This document shows, piece after piece, positions 8,589 to 18,261 of a stretch of 64,000 nucleotides of DNA (the first letter of the stretch is position 1; each line of letters starts with the position of its first letter). The stretch covers positions 54,042 through 118,041 of the forward strand of contig JBBQRF010000001.1 in the NCBI GenBank assembly GCA_038215155.1, in the 5' to 3' direction. This stretch comes from Minisyncoccia bacterium (GTDB lineage Bacteria; Patescibacteriota; Minisyncoccia; Phycocordibacterales; CAJBRS01). The notes under the pieces are model-generated. The model ran no database searches. It worked only from the letters and a program-made list of their open reading frames with translations, and was not told the DNA's origin. The position numbers were made by a program, and so were the translations under genes.

Positions 8589-8798
8589 TTAGAAAAGGGT
8601 TAGGCCAAAATTGCTACTAAGTTTCTGCCCCAGCCACGAACTCCCTTCGCTTTGAAGACGGTTGAACCGTGATAGTAATATCTTGTGACGAGTGGAAAGA
8701 TTCCTATATCCTCGACCTTCAATAATAGCCAGATCAATCTGCTCATTTAGCTTGTCTAATTCATAGCGGATTCTTGTTAATAAGGCGTTTTTTGACAT
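8589..8798 (-). CDS. 69-aa SOS-box-controlled small protein, first gene of the lexA operon
   Basis: MSKNALLTRIRYELDKLNEQIDLAIIEGRGYRNLSTRHKILLSRFNRLQSEGSSWLGQKLSSNFGLTLF. I trimmed the start to the ATG at 8798 because the longer track ORF runs through a promoter and a terminator. Its stop is 1 nt from the lexA ATG (TAAtATG). Confidence 0.5.
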   Translation of the reverse strand: MSKNALLTRIRYELDKLNEQIDLAIIEGRGYRNLSTRHKILLSRFNRLQSEGSSWLGQKLSSNFGLTLF

Positions 8799-8804
8799 GA
8801 ATAT

Positions 8805-8834
8805 ATTATAGGTGAACGATAGTTCACCTGTCAA
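8805..8834 (-). promoter_or_regulatory. consensus sigma70 promoter of the small-ORF/lexA operon
   Basis: On the minus strand: TTGACA (8829-8834), 18 nt, TATAAT (8805-8810), 6 nt, ATG (8798). This geometry predicts a leaderless transcript. Confidence 0.7.
8810..8829. promoter_or_regulatory. SOS (LexA) box, GAAC-N4-GTTC type
   Basis: Perfect 8+8 palindrome AGGTGAAC-gata-GTTCACCT that fills the -35/-10 spacer. Its core matches the Gram-positive Cheo-box GAAC-N4-GTTC. Confidence 0.6.
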
Positions 8835-8865
8835 ATAGATGGCTGTGGATAACTTTGAAAAAGCA

Positions 8866-8893
8866 AAAGGTCCTGCGCAAGCGCAGGACCTTT
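8866..8893 (-). terminator. rho-independent terminator after the 8911-9240 gene
   Basis: aaaggtcctgcgc / gcgcaggaccttt (13-bp stem, 2-nt loop), followed on the minus strand by TTTTGCTTTTT. Confidence 0.7.
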
Positions 8894-8910
8894 GAATCAA
8901 AACTAACTAA

Positions 8911-9240
8911 TTATCGGAAGAATCCTTCGATTTCCTCGCGAATGTCCTCGACGGTACTGAGATCAGCAACTCCGTCGCTCAAAAAGCGAACGGCTCGAGA
9001 AGATCCATTTTCACCACTACCGACGCGGTGAAAGCGACCATTCGTGATTACTACCTTTCGAACTGTTATCACGGATACTGACAGTCCTTTCATATTTTCT
9101 TTTTGCTGATTTCGCGCCGAACGAGGACCATCAAGGATTTGATCTTTGAACGGAACGACAGATTTAGGTTTATTTGAAGTACTTTTTCTGGCAGCCTTCT
9201 GGTTTTTGCCTTTTCGAGATGGAGTAATTTTTCCAGCCAT
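8911..9240 (-). CDS. hypothetical basic 109-aa protein
   Basis: Track ORF trimmed to MAGKITPSRKGK... (ATG at 9240; 9249 and 9291 are alternatives). Followed by a strong terminator. No family recognised. Confidence 0.45.
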   Translation of the reverse strand: MAGKITPSRKGKNQKAARKSTSNKPKSVVPFKDQILDGPRSARNQQKENMKGLSVSVITVRKVVITNGRFHRVGSGENGSSRAVRFLSDGVADLSTVEDIREEIEGFFR

Positions 9241-9274
9241 TCTAAACATACAATACCAGGTAAATAGGAAATAG

Positions 9275-9505
9275 TCAATGGCTCTGGACAATACCTCGGA
9301 TGAAATTGAGAAGTAATAGAAAATCTTGCCAAATTATTTTAGTCAGTCCCCATACGTAGATGAAAAAATCTCGAACTGATTGCTTGGCCAAGAGACCGCT
9401 TAAACTAATATTTAAAAAATGAATAATGAGCAGAGCAATAATTAAGACGACAATGATTTGAATGATGCCTTGTTTATTTGGTCGTTTTTTCATTGACAAA
9501 GACAT
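9275..9505 (-). CDS. small hypothetical membrane protein
   Basis: 76-aa ORF with a TM segment (IIQIIVVLIIALLIIHF). It overlaps the asnB stop. An alternative start is MKKRPNK at 9493. Confidence 0.4.
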   Translation of the reverse strand: MSLSMKKRPNKQGIIQIIVVLIIALLIIHFLNISLSGLLAKQSVRDFFIYVWGLTKIIWQDFLLLLNFIRGIVQSH

Positions 9506-11321
9506 TATACCAAAGGGCGAGAAGGTAGAGAACGTATATTTTCCTAGAATTATCCGCTTTTTTGTTAAGGTGATTTTCGGAAAGCTGGCGAATATATTTC
9601 AGACTAAATTTAGTTGAAATATATTCATTTTCGACAATTGTACTTAAAATTTCCTTGGCCGTAGTTTCATTTTGGAGCCAGTTGCGGATTGGTGTTGGGA
9701 AGCCGAGTTTTTTGCGGCCTGCTGTCTCCTTGGGCAGGATGCTTTCAAATGCCTTGCGCAAAATGTATTTGGTTTGACCATTTTTGTATTTCAATTCTTC
9801 AGGAATGCGTCCGGATATTTTAGCAATTTCAATGTCAAGAAAAGGCACACGTAGCTCCAGTGAATTAGCCATTGTCATCTTATCTGCTTTGGCCAAGATG
9901 TCGCCTGGCAGCCAAGTATTTATATCGATGAATTGCATTTTGGCAGAATCGAGCTGAATTTTCACTTGATCATAGACGGGGTTTAGATCTAGTTTCTCGT
10001 TAGGATTGGCTTTCCATAGTTCGGCAATTTCTTCAGGGTGAAAGATGTAAGCATTGCCAATGTAGCGTTCTCGGATAGGAATGAGAACGCGATTCAAATA
10101 ATTTTTGCCGTAGAAATTCAAAGGTAGATGAGCAAAAAAGTGGATGAGTGATTTGGGTAGCCATTTTAATTTATTAAGGGCAAATGGTTCGCGATAAATA
10201 TTGTAGCCGCCAAATAGTTCATCACTTCCCTCGCCCGAAAGCACCACCTTGACGTGCTTTCGGGCTTCTCTAGCCAAGAAGTAAAGCGCCACCGCTGAGG
10301 GGTCGGCGACCGGCTCGTCGAAATGCCATACCACTTTAGGCATTTCTTGGAAATATTCTTCTGGCGAAATATTAATTTCAGTGTGATCAGTACCTAGAAG
10401 ATCGGCCATTATTTTAGCTTCACTCTGCTCGCTGACTTCTTCAAATCCAATGGTGAATGTTTTGAGATTTCCGCCTTGCTCTTTGCGAACTTTACTCATC
10501 ATGGCAACAATGATGGCGCTATCAATACCGCCAGACAGAAAGGCACCCACGGGAACATCAGCAATCATATGAGCCCGTACTGAGTTTTCAATTCCTTCTT
10601 GAATTTCCTTTTTTAGTAGGATCTCATCAATATTTTTTTCCCGAAACTGATAACCCCAATATTTCTCCTCTTTAATACTTTGGTCGGCTAAATTGATCTT
10701 TAAAAAGTGACCGGGTAAAAGTTTGTGAATATTGCGAAAAAAAGTTTCTTTTAAAGGATTGTATTGGTAAGAAAGATAGTTATAGATGGCGCGCTCATTT
10801 AATTCCGGTTTAAAATCTGGATGAAGGAGCAGGCACTTCATCTCTGAAGCAAATCCTTTCAACTTCCAATCGTCAAAATAATAATAAAGTGGCTTAATAC
10901 CGAAATAATCTCGCGCGACGAACATCTCGTCGCGCCCTAAATCATAAATAGCAAAAGTGAACATTCCTCGAAGTCGGAGTAGCATTTCTTCGCCGTGTTG
11001 CTCATATAAGTGAATTAGAGTTTCAGTATCGCTTTCTGTTGTAAGAGTGTGTCCTTGCAGTATTAATTCTTCTCGAAGTTCCCGATAATTGTAGATCTCA
11101 CCATTAAATACAATACAAATAGTTTTATTTTCATTCCAGATCGGTTGATCGCCAGTGGAAAGATCTATAATGCTCAAGCGCCGCATACCGATAGAAGCTT
11201 TCGGGCCATCAAAAAAACCATCATCGTCAGGCCCGCGATGATGAATTCTCTCAACCATTTCTCTAATTATCTTTTCTTTGTTTGGAGTGTTTGCTCCGAC
11301 GATTCCAGCAATGCCGCACAT
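9474..11321 (-). CDS. asnB: asparagine synthase (glutamine-hydrolysing)
   Basis: N-terminal MCGI nucleophile (class-II amidotransferase) and the synthetase-domain PP-loop SGGIDSA. Confidence 0.9.
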   Translation of the reverse strand: MCGIAGIVGANTPNKEKIIREMVERIHHRGPDDDGFFDGPKASIGMRRLSIIDLSTGDQPIWNENKTICIVFNGEIYNYRELREELILQGHTLTTESDTETLIHLYEQHGEEMLLRLRGMFTFAIYDLGRDEMFVARDYFGIKPLYYYFDDWKLKGFASEMKCLLLHPDFKPELNERAIYNYLSYQYNPLKETFFRNIHKLLPGHFLKINLADQSIKEEKYWGYQFREKNIDEILLKKEIQEGIENSVRAHMIADVPVGAFLSGGIDSAIIVAMMSKVRKEQGGNLKTFTIGFEEVSEQSEAKIMADLLGTDHTEINISPEEYFQEMPKVVWHFDEPVADPSAVALYFLAREARKHVKVVLSGEGSDELFGGYNIYREPFALNKLKWLPKSLIHFFAHLPLNFYGKNYLNRVLIPIRERYIGNAYIFHPEEIAELWKANPNEKLDLNPVYDQVKIQLDSAKMQFIDINTWLPGDILAKADKMTMANSLELRVPFLDIEIAKISGRIPEELKYKNGQTKYILRKAFESILPKETAGRKKLGFPTPIRNWLQNETTAKEILSTIVENEYISTKFSLKYIRQLSENHLNKKADNSRKIYVLYLLALWYNVFVNEKTTK

Positions 11322-11339
11322 GAAATAAGTATAACGGAT

Positions 11340-12650
11340 TTATTGAGTGGGGCCACTATAGCCCGGTAGATATAACAATGGGTCGAGATAGCCGTTGACG
11401 GCGGCAATCGGCAGGCGATAGATTCGATTGCCACAAACTTTACTTGGTAGATCTTTCATTTGGACACCGGCGGAGGCATAGACACTTAAATGAAGATGGG
11501 GGCCTGTAGCGTAGCCCGTCGAACCACTATAACCTATAATGTCTCCGCGATGGACTTGCTGGCCTTCACGCACAGAAATTACCGAAAGATGCCCATATGT
11601 GGTGGCTAAACCATTATAGTGCCTAATAAATACATAGCGTCCAAATGAAGCACCCGGACAAACTAAATCTGTATCCGTTGCTCCTTCCACTGCGCCATCG
11701 GCTACTGCTTTTACGGGGGTTCCGATACTAACTCCAAAATCTACTCCGTTATGAGAGCCTGACACATACAGCCGCGCAGAAGCATTAGTAACGCCAAAAA
11801 GTTGGGTAACTCTTACTTTATCCAATGGCCAACTTAAAACACCCGAACCAGCCTTTGGTAAAGTAGAAGGATCTAATTTAAATTTTAATTGCGACTCATA
11901 ATCATATAGTTCTTTTTCAAAGGCCGCTTTTTTAGCTTGTTTATCAGAAATAGTTTGCTGATAAATTTTTTCTTGATTTTTTGTCTCAGTTAATAACTGC
12001 CGCTGTTGTTGTTGGTTATAAAGCACTACTTTTTCTTGATCACTTAGCTGTTTTTGGTAGATCTGTAAATTGTTTTTCTCGACGGTGGTAGAGGCTTGAT
12101 CCTTCTCCAGTCCAGCTTTTAGAGTTTTCAAACCAAGAACTCTTTCGCGGACGCTACTCTGAAAAGTAATAATATTCTGAACATCGTTCCAGATATCTCC
12201 CAAATTTTTTCGACTAAGAATGGATGTGACTATGCTTTCTGAATCAGTTTGTTGAATTTTTCGCATGGCTTCGGCCAGGGCGCCTTGTCCAGTATGAATA
12301 TTTTTTGTTTTATCGCCTATTTGAATATTTAGTTTTTGAATATCCAAATTTGCAACATCAATTTTGGTTTGAGTTATTTTAATACTGGCGTCCAGCTTTT
12401 TTTGAGTAGCTTGAAGGGAAAGAATGGCTTTTTGCAAACTTTTAGCTTGAGCTGTGGTTTTATCAGCCAAGGCCTGGTATTGAGCAATCTCCTTTTCCAA
12501 TTGAGCGATATTGGCATTCCGTTGATTAATCTGGGCCTGCAGATCAGAAATGTCGTCAGCATGGGCTGCTCGAAAAATGACGAGCAGCAAAATAAAAACC
12601 AATACTGAAGATCTAATTAAGGAAGATAATTTAAATTTTTTTAATAGCAT
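11340..12650 (-). CDS. M23-family peptidoglycan metalloendopeptidase with an N-terminal coiled coil
   Basis: Start trimmed to MLLKKFKLSS (signal/TM). Long coiled-coil region. C-terminal M23 motifs HNGVDFG and GPHLHLSVY. Confidence 0.85.
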   Translation of the reverse strand: MLLKKFKLSSLIRSSVLVFILLLVIFRAAHADDISDLQAQINQRNANIAQLEKEIAQYQALADKTTAQAKSLQKAILSLQATQKKLDASIKITQTKIDVANLDIQKLNIQIGDKTKNIHTGQGALAEAMRKIQQTDSESIVTSILSRKNLGDIWNDVQNIITFQSSVRERVLGLKTLKAGLEKDQASTTVEKNNLQIYQKQLSDQEKVVLYNQQQQRQLLTETKNQEKIYQQTISDKQAKKAAFEKELYDYESQLKFKLDPSTLPKAGSGVLSWPLDKVRVTQLFGVTNASARLYVSGSHNGVDFGVSIGTPVKAVADGAVEGATDTDLVCPGASFGRYVFIRHYNGLATTYGHLSVISVREGQQVHRGDIIGYSGSTGYATGPHLHLSVYASAGVQMKDLPSKVCGNRIYRLPIAAVNGYLDPLLYLPGYSGPTQ

Positions 12651-13992
12651 TATCAATTCTGCGCAAAGTTTCTTCTTTCCCAAAAATTTCAGCAAGTGTG
12701 AATGGGTCAGGTGATTTCTCTTGTCCGGAAAGACAGTAGCGCATAGCCCATAGTACCAGACCTCTACCCTTTTCTTCTGCATACGGCCAAACGGCCTCCT
12801 TTATGTTTAGCTGATTAAAAGGCTCTGAAAGTGGCTCTAAAAGGGCTTTTAGACGGCCTAAAATGGGCTTTAAAGCTTCTAAAGTGACTTCCTGACCCTT
12901 TCTTTGTTTGGGCGGGCACAGAAGATTTTCGGCTGAATATTTGGGATCACTAAAAAAGTATTTGAACTCTGTCTGCGCCATCTCAGTGACCTCGCCAAAG
13001 GTGGAAAGCCGTTCTCGAAGGAGAGGCAAAATTTTCGGTAGCATTAGAGAAAATTTTGCTGAATTCTTAATATCTTCCGGTAAAAATTCTATTACTTTAT
13101 CTTTAAATTCCTCATCCGACAGGAGTCTCATATGTTCCTTATTAATCCATTTTAATTTAACCATATCAAAAATAGCTCCACTTTTTTGTACTCGATCCAG
13201 ACTGAATTCTCCAATCAATTCTTCCATAGAAAATATTTCCTGTTCAGTCCCTGGATTCCATCCTAACAGAGCAAGATAATTAATCAGTGCTTGAGGCAAG
13301 AAGCCTTGGTCTCGATAATCAAATACACTAACAGCGCCATGACGTCCGGAAAATTTAGATCGGTCTGCCGCTAAAATCATTGGGAAGTGCGCATAAATCG
13401 GTCTTGGCGCACTAATTGCCTCCTGGATCAAGATTTGGCGTGGAGTATTGGAAATATGATCTTCCCCTCGCAATACATGCGTAATGCCCATTTCAAAATC
13501 ATCTACCACTACAGTTAGATGATAGAGCGGGTCATCAATACCGCGAGCTATGACAAAGTCTTTCAATTCAGTTGTGTCGAACTCAACTTCTCCTCGAATC
13601 AGATCTAAGAATTTTATTTTTTTATTAGGATTACGAAAACGAACTACCTCTTTCATTTCCCCGGAGGCGTCTTTCGCCGGCTCCGGGGAAATGTACGCCA
13701 CTCCACCCTCAATCATTTTTTGCAAATATTTTTTATACTCACCCGTTCTTTCCGATTGCCGGAACGGCCCTTGATCATATGAAATCCCGAGCCACTTTAA
13801 ACTTTCGATGATAACATCTTCGAACTCCTTTTTAGATCGCTCTTTGTCAGTATCTTCCAACCGAAAAACCATCTCTCCGCCATTCTTGCGAGTAAATAAA
13901 AAATTAAAGAGTGCCGTGCGAGCCCGACCAATATGAAGAAAGCCAGTCGGGCTCGGCGGGAAGCGAGTTATTATTTTTGGTTCATCGCTCAT
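12631..13992 (-). CDS. gltX: glutamate--tRNA ligase
   Basis: Start trimmed to MSDEPKIITRFPPSPTGFLHIGRART (HIGH-type motif), 1 nt after the murG stop. Class-I GluRS body. Confidence 0.9.
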   Translation of the reverse strand: MSDEPKIITRFPPSPTGFLHIGRARTALFNFLFTRKNGGEMVFRLEDTDKERSKKEFEDVIIESLKWLGISYDQGPFRQSERTGEYKKYLQKMIEGGVAYISPEPAKDASGEMKEVVRFRNPNKKIKFLDLIRGEVEFDTTELKDFVIARGIDDPLYHLTVVVDDFEMGITHVLRGEDHISNTPRQILIQEAISAPRPIYAHFPMILAADRSKFSGRHGAVSVFDYRDQGFLPQALINYLALLGWNPGTEQEIFSMEELIGEFSLDRVQKSGAIFDMVKLKWINKEHMRLLSDEEFKDKVIEFLPEDIKNSAKFSLMLPKILPLLRERLSTFGEVTEMAQTEFKYFFSDPKYSAENLLCPPKQRKGQEVTLEALKPILGRLKALLEPLSEPFNQLNIKEAVWPYAEEKGRGLVLWAMRYCLSGQEKSPDPFTLAEIFGKEETLRRIDNAIKKI

Positions 13993-13993
13993 A

Positions 13994-15121
13994 CTAGCTT
14001 TGATGCTCCAGCCCCAAAGTGATAATTTTCGCTGCAATTTTTCGCGCGGCGTCGAGCTTAGCAAAATTTTTGGCCGCCGTGCGCATCTTCTCATAAATGT
14101 CTGGGTTATCCAGTATTCGACGTACTTCCGATAATAAAATCTCAGGAGTCAGATTGTCCTGCTCAATAACTATTGCTGCGCCCGAACGAGCATAAGCATA
14201 CGCATTGTGTCTCTGGTCATGGCTCACTTTTTCAGGAATTGGAATCATGATACTAGGCAATCCCCAAGCTGCAATTTCAAATAGCGATGAGCCACTTCGA
14301 GAAATCACTAATTTGCTTGCCCCTGCTGACATTCGCATAGCCAAATCATTTAAATAATCGTAGGGCTTATATCTTTCTGGGTGAGGACTCTTCTCCAGGA
14401 TAACCTTAGCCCGACCCTTCACCTCTTTTAAATTTTTAGGCCCAGTCTGATGAATAACTTGGTATTTTTCTAAAAGTCCTGGTAAAGCATCTAGAATTTT
14501 TTCGTTTATCGCCTGTGCGCCTTGAGAACCGCCTAAGACTAAAATGGTTGGCAGATCTTTTTGTAAATTTAAAAATTCGTAAGAACCCTCAGTGGCTGGA
14601 ATGATAATTTCTTTGCGAATGGGATTGCCAGTATAAACGACTTTTTCTTCCGGAAAACAGTTAGCGGTTTCAGGATATGAAATGGCCACCGCCTTAGCAA
14701 ATTTTCCTGCCCAAGCATTTGTTTTGCCTGGTACCGTATCAGATTCGTGAATAATTACCGGTATTTTCAAAAGTTTAGCCGCGAAGAGTACCGGAAAGCT
14801 AGTGTATCCACCCTTACCAAAGACTACGTCGGGATAGATCCAAAAAACCTTCCAAAGGGAGAGCACCACTCCCCATGCTGTTTTAAATATGTCAAAAAAA
14901 TTTAATATGGAATGATAGCGACGAATCTTGCCGGCCTCTATCTTCCTATAATTAATATCGTGATCAAAAAGGATCTGACTGGAATATGGAGTGGGAGCTA
15001 AATAATAAATTTTCGCTTCCAAGAGTTTTTCTTCGCGCATTAAACTGCGCAGCTCTTCAGCTACCGCAATTAATGGATAGAAGTGTCCACCCGTACCTCC
15101 TCCGCAAAATACAATTTTCAT
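13994..15121 (-). CDS. murG: undecaprenyldiphospho-muramoylpentapeptide beta-N-acetylglucosaminyltransferase
   Basis: N-terminal GGGTGGHFYP, a GT28 two-domain layout, and position next to ftsW/mraY. Confidence 0.9.
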   Translation of the reverse strand: MKIVFCGGGTGGHFYPLIAVAEELRSLMREEKLLEAKIYYLAPTPYSSQILFDHDINYRKIEAGKIRRYHSILNFFDIFKTAWGVVLSLWKVFWIYPDVVFGKGGYTSFPVLFAAKLLKIPVIIHESDTVPGKTNAWAGKFAKAVAISYPETANCFPEEKVVYTGNPIRKEIIIPATEGSYEFLNLQKDLPTILVLGGSQGAQAINEKILDALPGLLEKYQVIHQTGPKNLKEVKGRAKVILEKSPHPERYKPYDYLNDLAMRMSAGASKLVISRSGSSLFEIAAWGLPSIMIPIPEKVSHDQRHNAYAYARSGAAIVIEQDNLTPEILLSEVRRILDNPDIYEKMRTAAKNFAKLDAARKIAAKIITLGLEHQS

Positions 15122-15123
15122 AA

Positions 15124-16224
15124 TTAGATAACTTTAAGATTTTGAGAACGCGAAACGTTTAGGATGATGCCGACCTCGGCCAAAGTAAAAAATAGGGCCG
15201 TTCCGCCGTGACTAATAAAAAGTAAAGGGATGCCCGAAACCGGCAAAATGCCGAGCATTGAGGCAATATTGACGAAAGACTCGGCTAATATCAGTATAAC
15301 AAGTCCTATGACGAGCAGTCTACCGAAGAGATCTGTCGTGCGTGAAGCAATCCGAAGACCTCGAAATGTAAAGAATAAAAATAGGAAAATGATTAAGGAG
15401 CCTCCAATGAAACCGAATTCTTCAGCGGCCACAGCAAAAATGGAATCTCCAATTGGTTCAGGGAGATAATTGAATTTTTGAATACTTTGTCCAAAACCTC
15501 TGCCGGTAATTTGTCCCGTGCCTATGGCAATCTGCGATTGTTGAATCTGGTAGCCGCTACCCTGAGCATCATTAGCGGGGTGAATGAAAGTGTCTATTCG
15601 CTGTTTAATGTAGGGTCGGGAAAAATATAGAACTCCCACGCCAAGAATACCGATGGCTCCTAAAATAAAAATATCTCGCCATCGGCACCCCGCAACTACA
15701 AACATTGAGAGTCCAGCAATGAATATGACCCCAAAAGTGGCTGTATCAGGCTCAGACAGAATAAGTGCAGCGGCAATAGCTACTAGAATGGCAAACGGGA
15801 TAGTGCCGTGTTTAAGAGTGGTGACTTTTTGCTTTACGCCAGAAAGCCAAGCGGCAAAATAAATAACAAAGCCTACTTTAAAAATCTCTGCGGGTTGAAA
15901 AGAAAAATTTCCAACATCTACCCAACGGCGAGCGCCCCCAAATTTCATTCCAATATGAGGAATGAAAACTAAGATAACAGCAAAAATTGAAGCGATAAAA
16001 ATAAAAAGCGAATACTTTCGCCAAACCTTATATGGAATTCTGCTATTAATAAAACAGGCAATGGAGCCGCCGATAATGCCTAAAACTATTTGGTTGATTA
16101 AAACCGAGCGAAAGGTATTTCCTTTACCAGCAAGAAGTCCGAGTGATGCAGAGCTAAAAATAAAAAGTCCCGCAATGACTAAAATGAAAGTAGAAATTAA
16201 AAATGGCTTATCAACGGTTTTCAT
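15124..16224 (-). CDS. ftsW: SEDS-family peptidoglycan polymerase (FtsW/RodA)
   Basis: About 10 TM helices and conserved FtsW/RodA segments (QPAEIFK, LPEPIGDSIFA). Sits between mraY and murG. Confidence 0.85.
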   Translation of the reverse strand: MKTVDKPFLISTFILVIAGLFIFSSASLGLLAGKGNTFRSVLINQIVLGIIGGSIACFINSRIPYKVWRKYSLFIFIASIFAVILVFIPHIGMKFGGARRWVDVGNFSFQPAEIFKVGFVIYFAAWLSGVKQKVTTLKHGTIPFAILVAIAAALILSEPDTATFGVIFIAGLSMFVVAGCRWRDIFILGAIGILGVGVLYFSRPYIKQRIDTFIHPANDAQGSGYQIQQSQIAIGTGQITGRGFGQSIQKFNYLPEPIGDSIFAVAAEEFGFIGGSLIIFLFLFFTFRGLRIASRTTDLFGRLLVIGLVILILAESFVNIASMLGILPVSGIPLLFISHGGTALFFTLAEVGIILNVSRSQNLKVI

Positions 16225-17279
16225 TAGCTAATGATGGCGATCATGGCGCCGATTAATGCAAAAACGAACGAAATAATCCAAAAGCGCATAGTCACCTTAT
16301 AGGAAGGCCAGCCCAATGCTTCAAAATGGTGATGAAGCGGAGCAACTATAAATACCTTACGATTAAAATAGACTTTAGAAATCCGCTGAATAATTACGGA
16401 AAGTGAGGTAATAAAAAGAGGAAAAGCGATCAGGGGTAATACTAAAACGGAATTAGTTAGGAAAGCTATGATAGAAAGAGTAACCGTTAAGCCAAGCATA
16501 CCTGTCTCACCCATGTAGAAGCGAGCCGGCGGAATATTAAACCAAAGAAAAGCCAGTATTCCACCAGTGATTACTGCGCAAAAAGCCGCCAGGTCAATTT
16601 GGTGATGAACGAAGGCAATAATCATGTAAGCGCCGAAAGAAGATGCCATTACTCCCCCAGCCAATCCATCAATTCCATCGATCACTGATCCGGAGAAGAC
16701 GGCCAGCATGACTATGATGAAAAATGGAATAAAAGAAAGTCCGAGATTAACGTCTTGCCAAAATGGTACATGGACGGTAACTGTCTGCAGCTTAAAGAAA
16801 AACCACCATGCCCCGATGGACCCTAAAAAAAGAACTATTAATACCCGGAGTCTTCGATTCAGGCCGTCACTAAATTGAATATTCTTGCTGTAAATTTGTA
16901 ATAGATCGTCTACCAAACCAACAATAGAAGCAAAGATTAAAGTGAAAAGTGGCAATAGGGTTTGATTTTGGCTAAGAAAGTTTAATTTAATATTTAGCTT
17001 GCTGGGAAAGACAAAGGAATTAATGGAGAGCAATAAAGTAGTAATTAAGACAGAGAGCCAGACAATTACTCCGCCTATTCGAGGAGTGGAGGTCTCCCCT
17101 TGGTGATTATGAATCTTTTGAAATTCCGGAGTGACCACGTCCTTGTTTGCGGCACTTCTCGAGCGGTTTTTCCACATTCTCCGTGAGTAAAGGATGTTAG
17201 AGATGCTGGGAGTAATTAACAAACCGATGAAAAAAGATAATAGAGCGGGCAGAAAAACCTTTACAGTACTTAGTAACAT
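16224..17279 (-). CDS. mraY: phospho-N-acetylmuramoyl-pentapeptide transferase
   Basis: Polytopic membrane protein with MraY motifs (GLVDDLL, IDGIDGLAGG, APLHHHFE). Confidence 0.9.
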   Translation of the reverse strand: MLLSTVKVFLPALLSFFIGLLITPSISNILYSRRMWKNRSRSAANKDVVTPEFQKIHNHQGETSTPRIGGVIVWLSVLITTLLLSINSFVFPSKLNIKLNFLSQNQTLLPLFTLIFASIVGLVDDLLQIYSKNIQFSDGLNRRLRVLIVLFLGSIGAWWFFFKLQTVTVHVPFWQDVNLGLSFIPFFIIVMLAVFSGSVIDGIDGLAGGVMASSFGAYMIIAFVHHQIDLAAFCAVITGGILAFLWFNIPPARFYMGETGMLGLTVTLSIIAFLTNSVLVLPLIAFPLFITSLSVIIQRISKVYFNRKVFIVAPLHHHFEALGWPSYKVTMRFWIISFVFALIGAMIAIIS

Positions 17280-17304
17280 AGGAAAATTATACTAAAAAAG
17301 GGCA

Positions 17305-18261
17305 TCATTGTCGTATTAAATAGGCCCGAGTAGAGGAAGCCAGTTTTAAGGTGTCACTAAAGCGTCCATCGGCCGTTGATCCTAAGACTGTAATAATTAT
17401 AGGGTGATTAAGGCTGGGACTGTACACAATGGTCAAATTACCTCCCGCGAGCAAGGTGTATCCTGTTTTAGAGGCAATGATGCCAGACAAACGAGTTATG
17501 TCTCGATCGGTGTTAATTCCAGTGTGATTAATACCATCAAGAGAGGTAAATTTAAAAGTATGATGCCGGGTGACTGATAAAATATCGGGTCGATTCATCA
17601 AAATGTAGTGCATTAATTGGCTCACTTCTTTAGCCGAGCCAATGGCGCCAGGGGTAGTTTGATTAATATCCAAACCGCTTTCGTTATTAAAATGAAGAGT
17701 AGAAAGATTGAGGGTGGCTGCTTTATCGTTCATTTCACTAACAAAAGAAATAGTTGAGGAAGCAGCCGCAAGAGCAATGGCATTCGCCCCATCATTAGAA
17801 GAAACTAGTAAAGTAAAATCTCTCAAGTCTTTAAAACGCCAAGCCTCATTAGCTATTAAATTATTACTTCCTTCGAGTGCTAATGAAGAGGTCGAAACAA
17901 TTACTTGGGTCTCGTCTTTCAAAATTTCTGAAGCCAACAATGCCGTCATTAGTTTTGCGATGGAGGCGAGCGGAAGTGCTACATTGGCATTTTTTTCGTA
18001 AATGACTTTATTTGTAGTAATGTCTAGAACATAAACAGCTCGCGCCTGAAGCTTAAGAGAATTAAACGATTCTGAAGTGTCGGTTACGGGCTGCGACAAG
18101 GCCTGAGCAATGGTAGACGAACTAGCTAAGGTAGATGTAGCGATATTGGAAGAATTGATTGTAAATTTTCTCGAAGGTAAGTATCCAATAATGAAAAGAA
18201 AAACAATCACTAGGATTGCAATAATCCATTTTTTTGCAGGGGTAATATTAGGCTTACTCAT
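17305..18261 (-). CDS. D-alanyl-D-alanine carboxypeptidase (S11 penicillin-binding protein)
   Basis: Signal anchor, SxxK (SIAKLMT), SxN (SSNDGA) and KTG (SKTGYT). Confidence 0.8.
   Translation of the reverse strand: MSKPNITPAKKWIIAILVIVFLFIIGYLPSRKFTINSSNIATSTLASSSTIAQALSQPVTDTSESFNSLKLQARAVYVLDITTNKVIYEKNANVALPLASIAKLMTALLASEILKDETQVIVSTSSLALEGSNNLIANEAWRFKDLRDFTLLVSSNDGANAIALAAASSTISFVSEMNDKAATLNLSTLHFNNESGLDINQTTPGAIGSAKEVSQLMHYILMNRPDILSVTRHHTFKFTSLDGINHTGINTDRDITRLSGIIASKTGYTLLAGGNLTIVYSPSLNHPIIITVLGSTADGRFSDTLKLASSTRAYLIRQ

Noticed and set aside
8799-8900. The N-terminal 34 codons of track ORF 8589-8900.
   Set aside because: This extension would read through the terminator at 8866-8893 and the TTGACA/SOS-box/TATAAT promoter. 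The internal ATG at 8798 fits the promoter geometry.
12651-12782. Long N-terminal extensions of several track ORFs: 11340-12782, 12631-14094, 27425-28525, 51643-52431, 8911-9291.
   Set aside because: Each extension overlaps the 3' end of the upstream gene by 70-180 nt and precedes an internal Met. That internal Met gives a canonical N-terminus (signal peptide, HIGH motif and so on) and a 1-20-nt junction.
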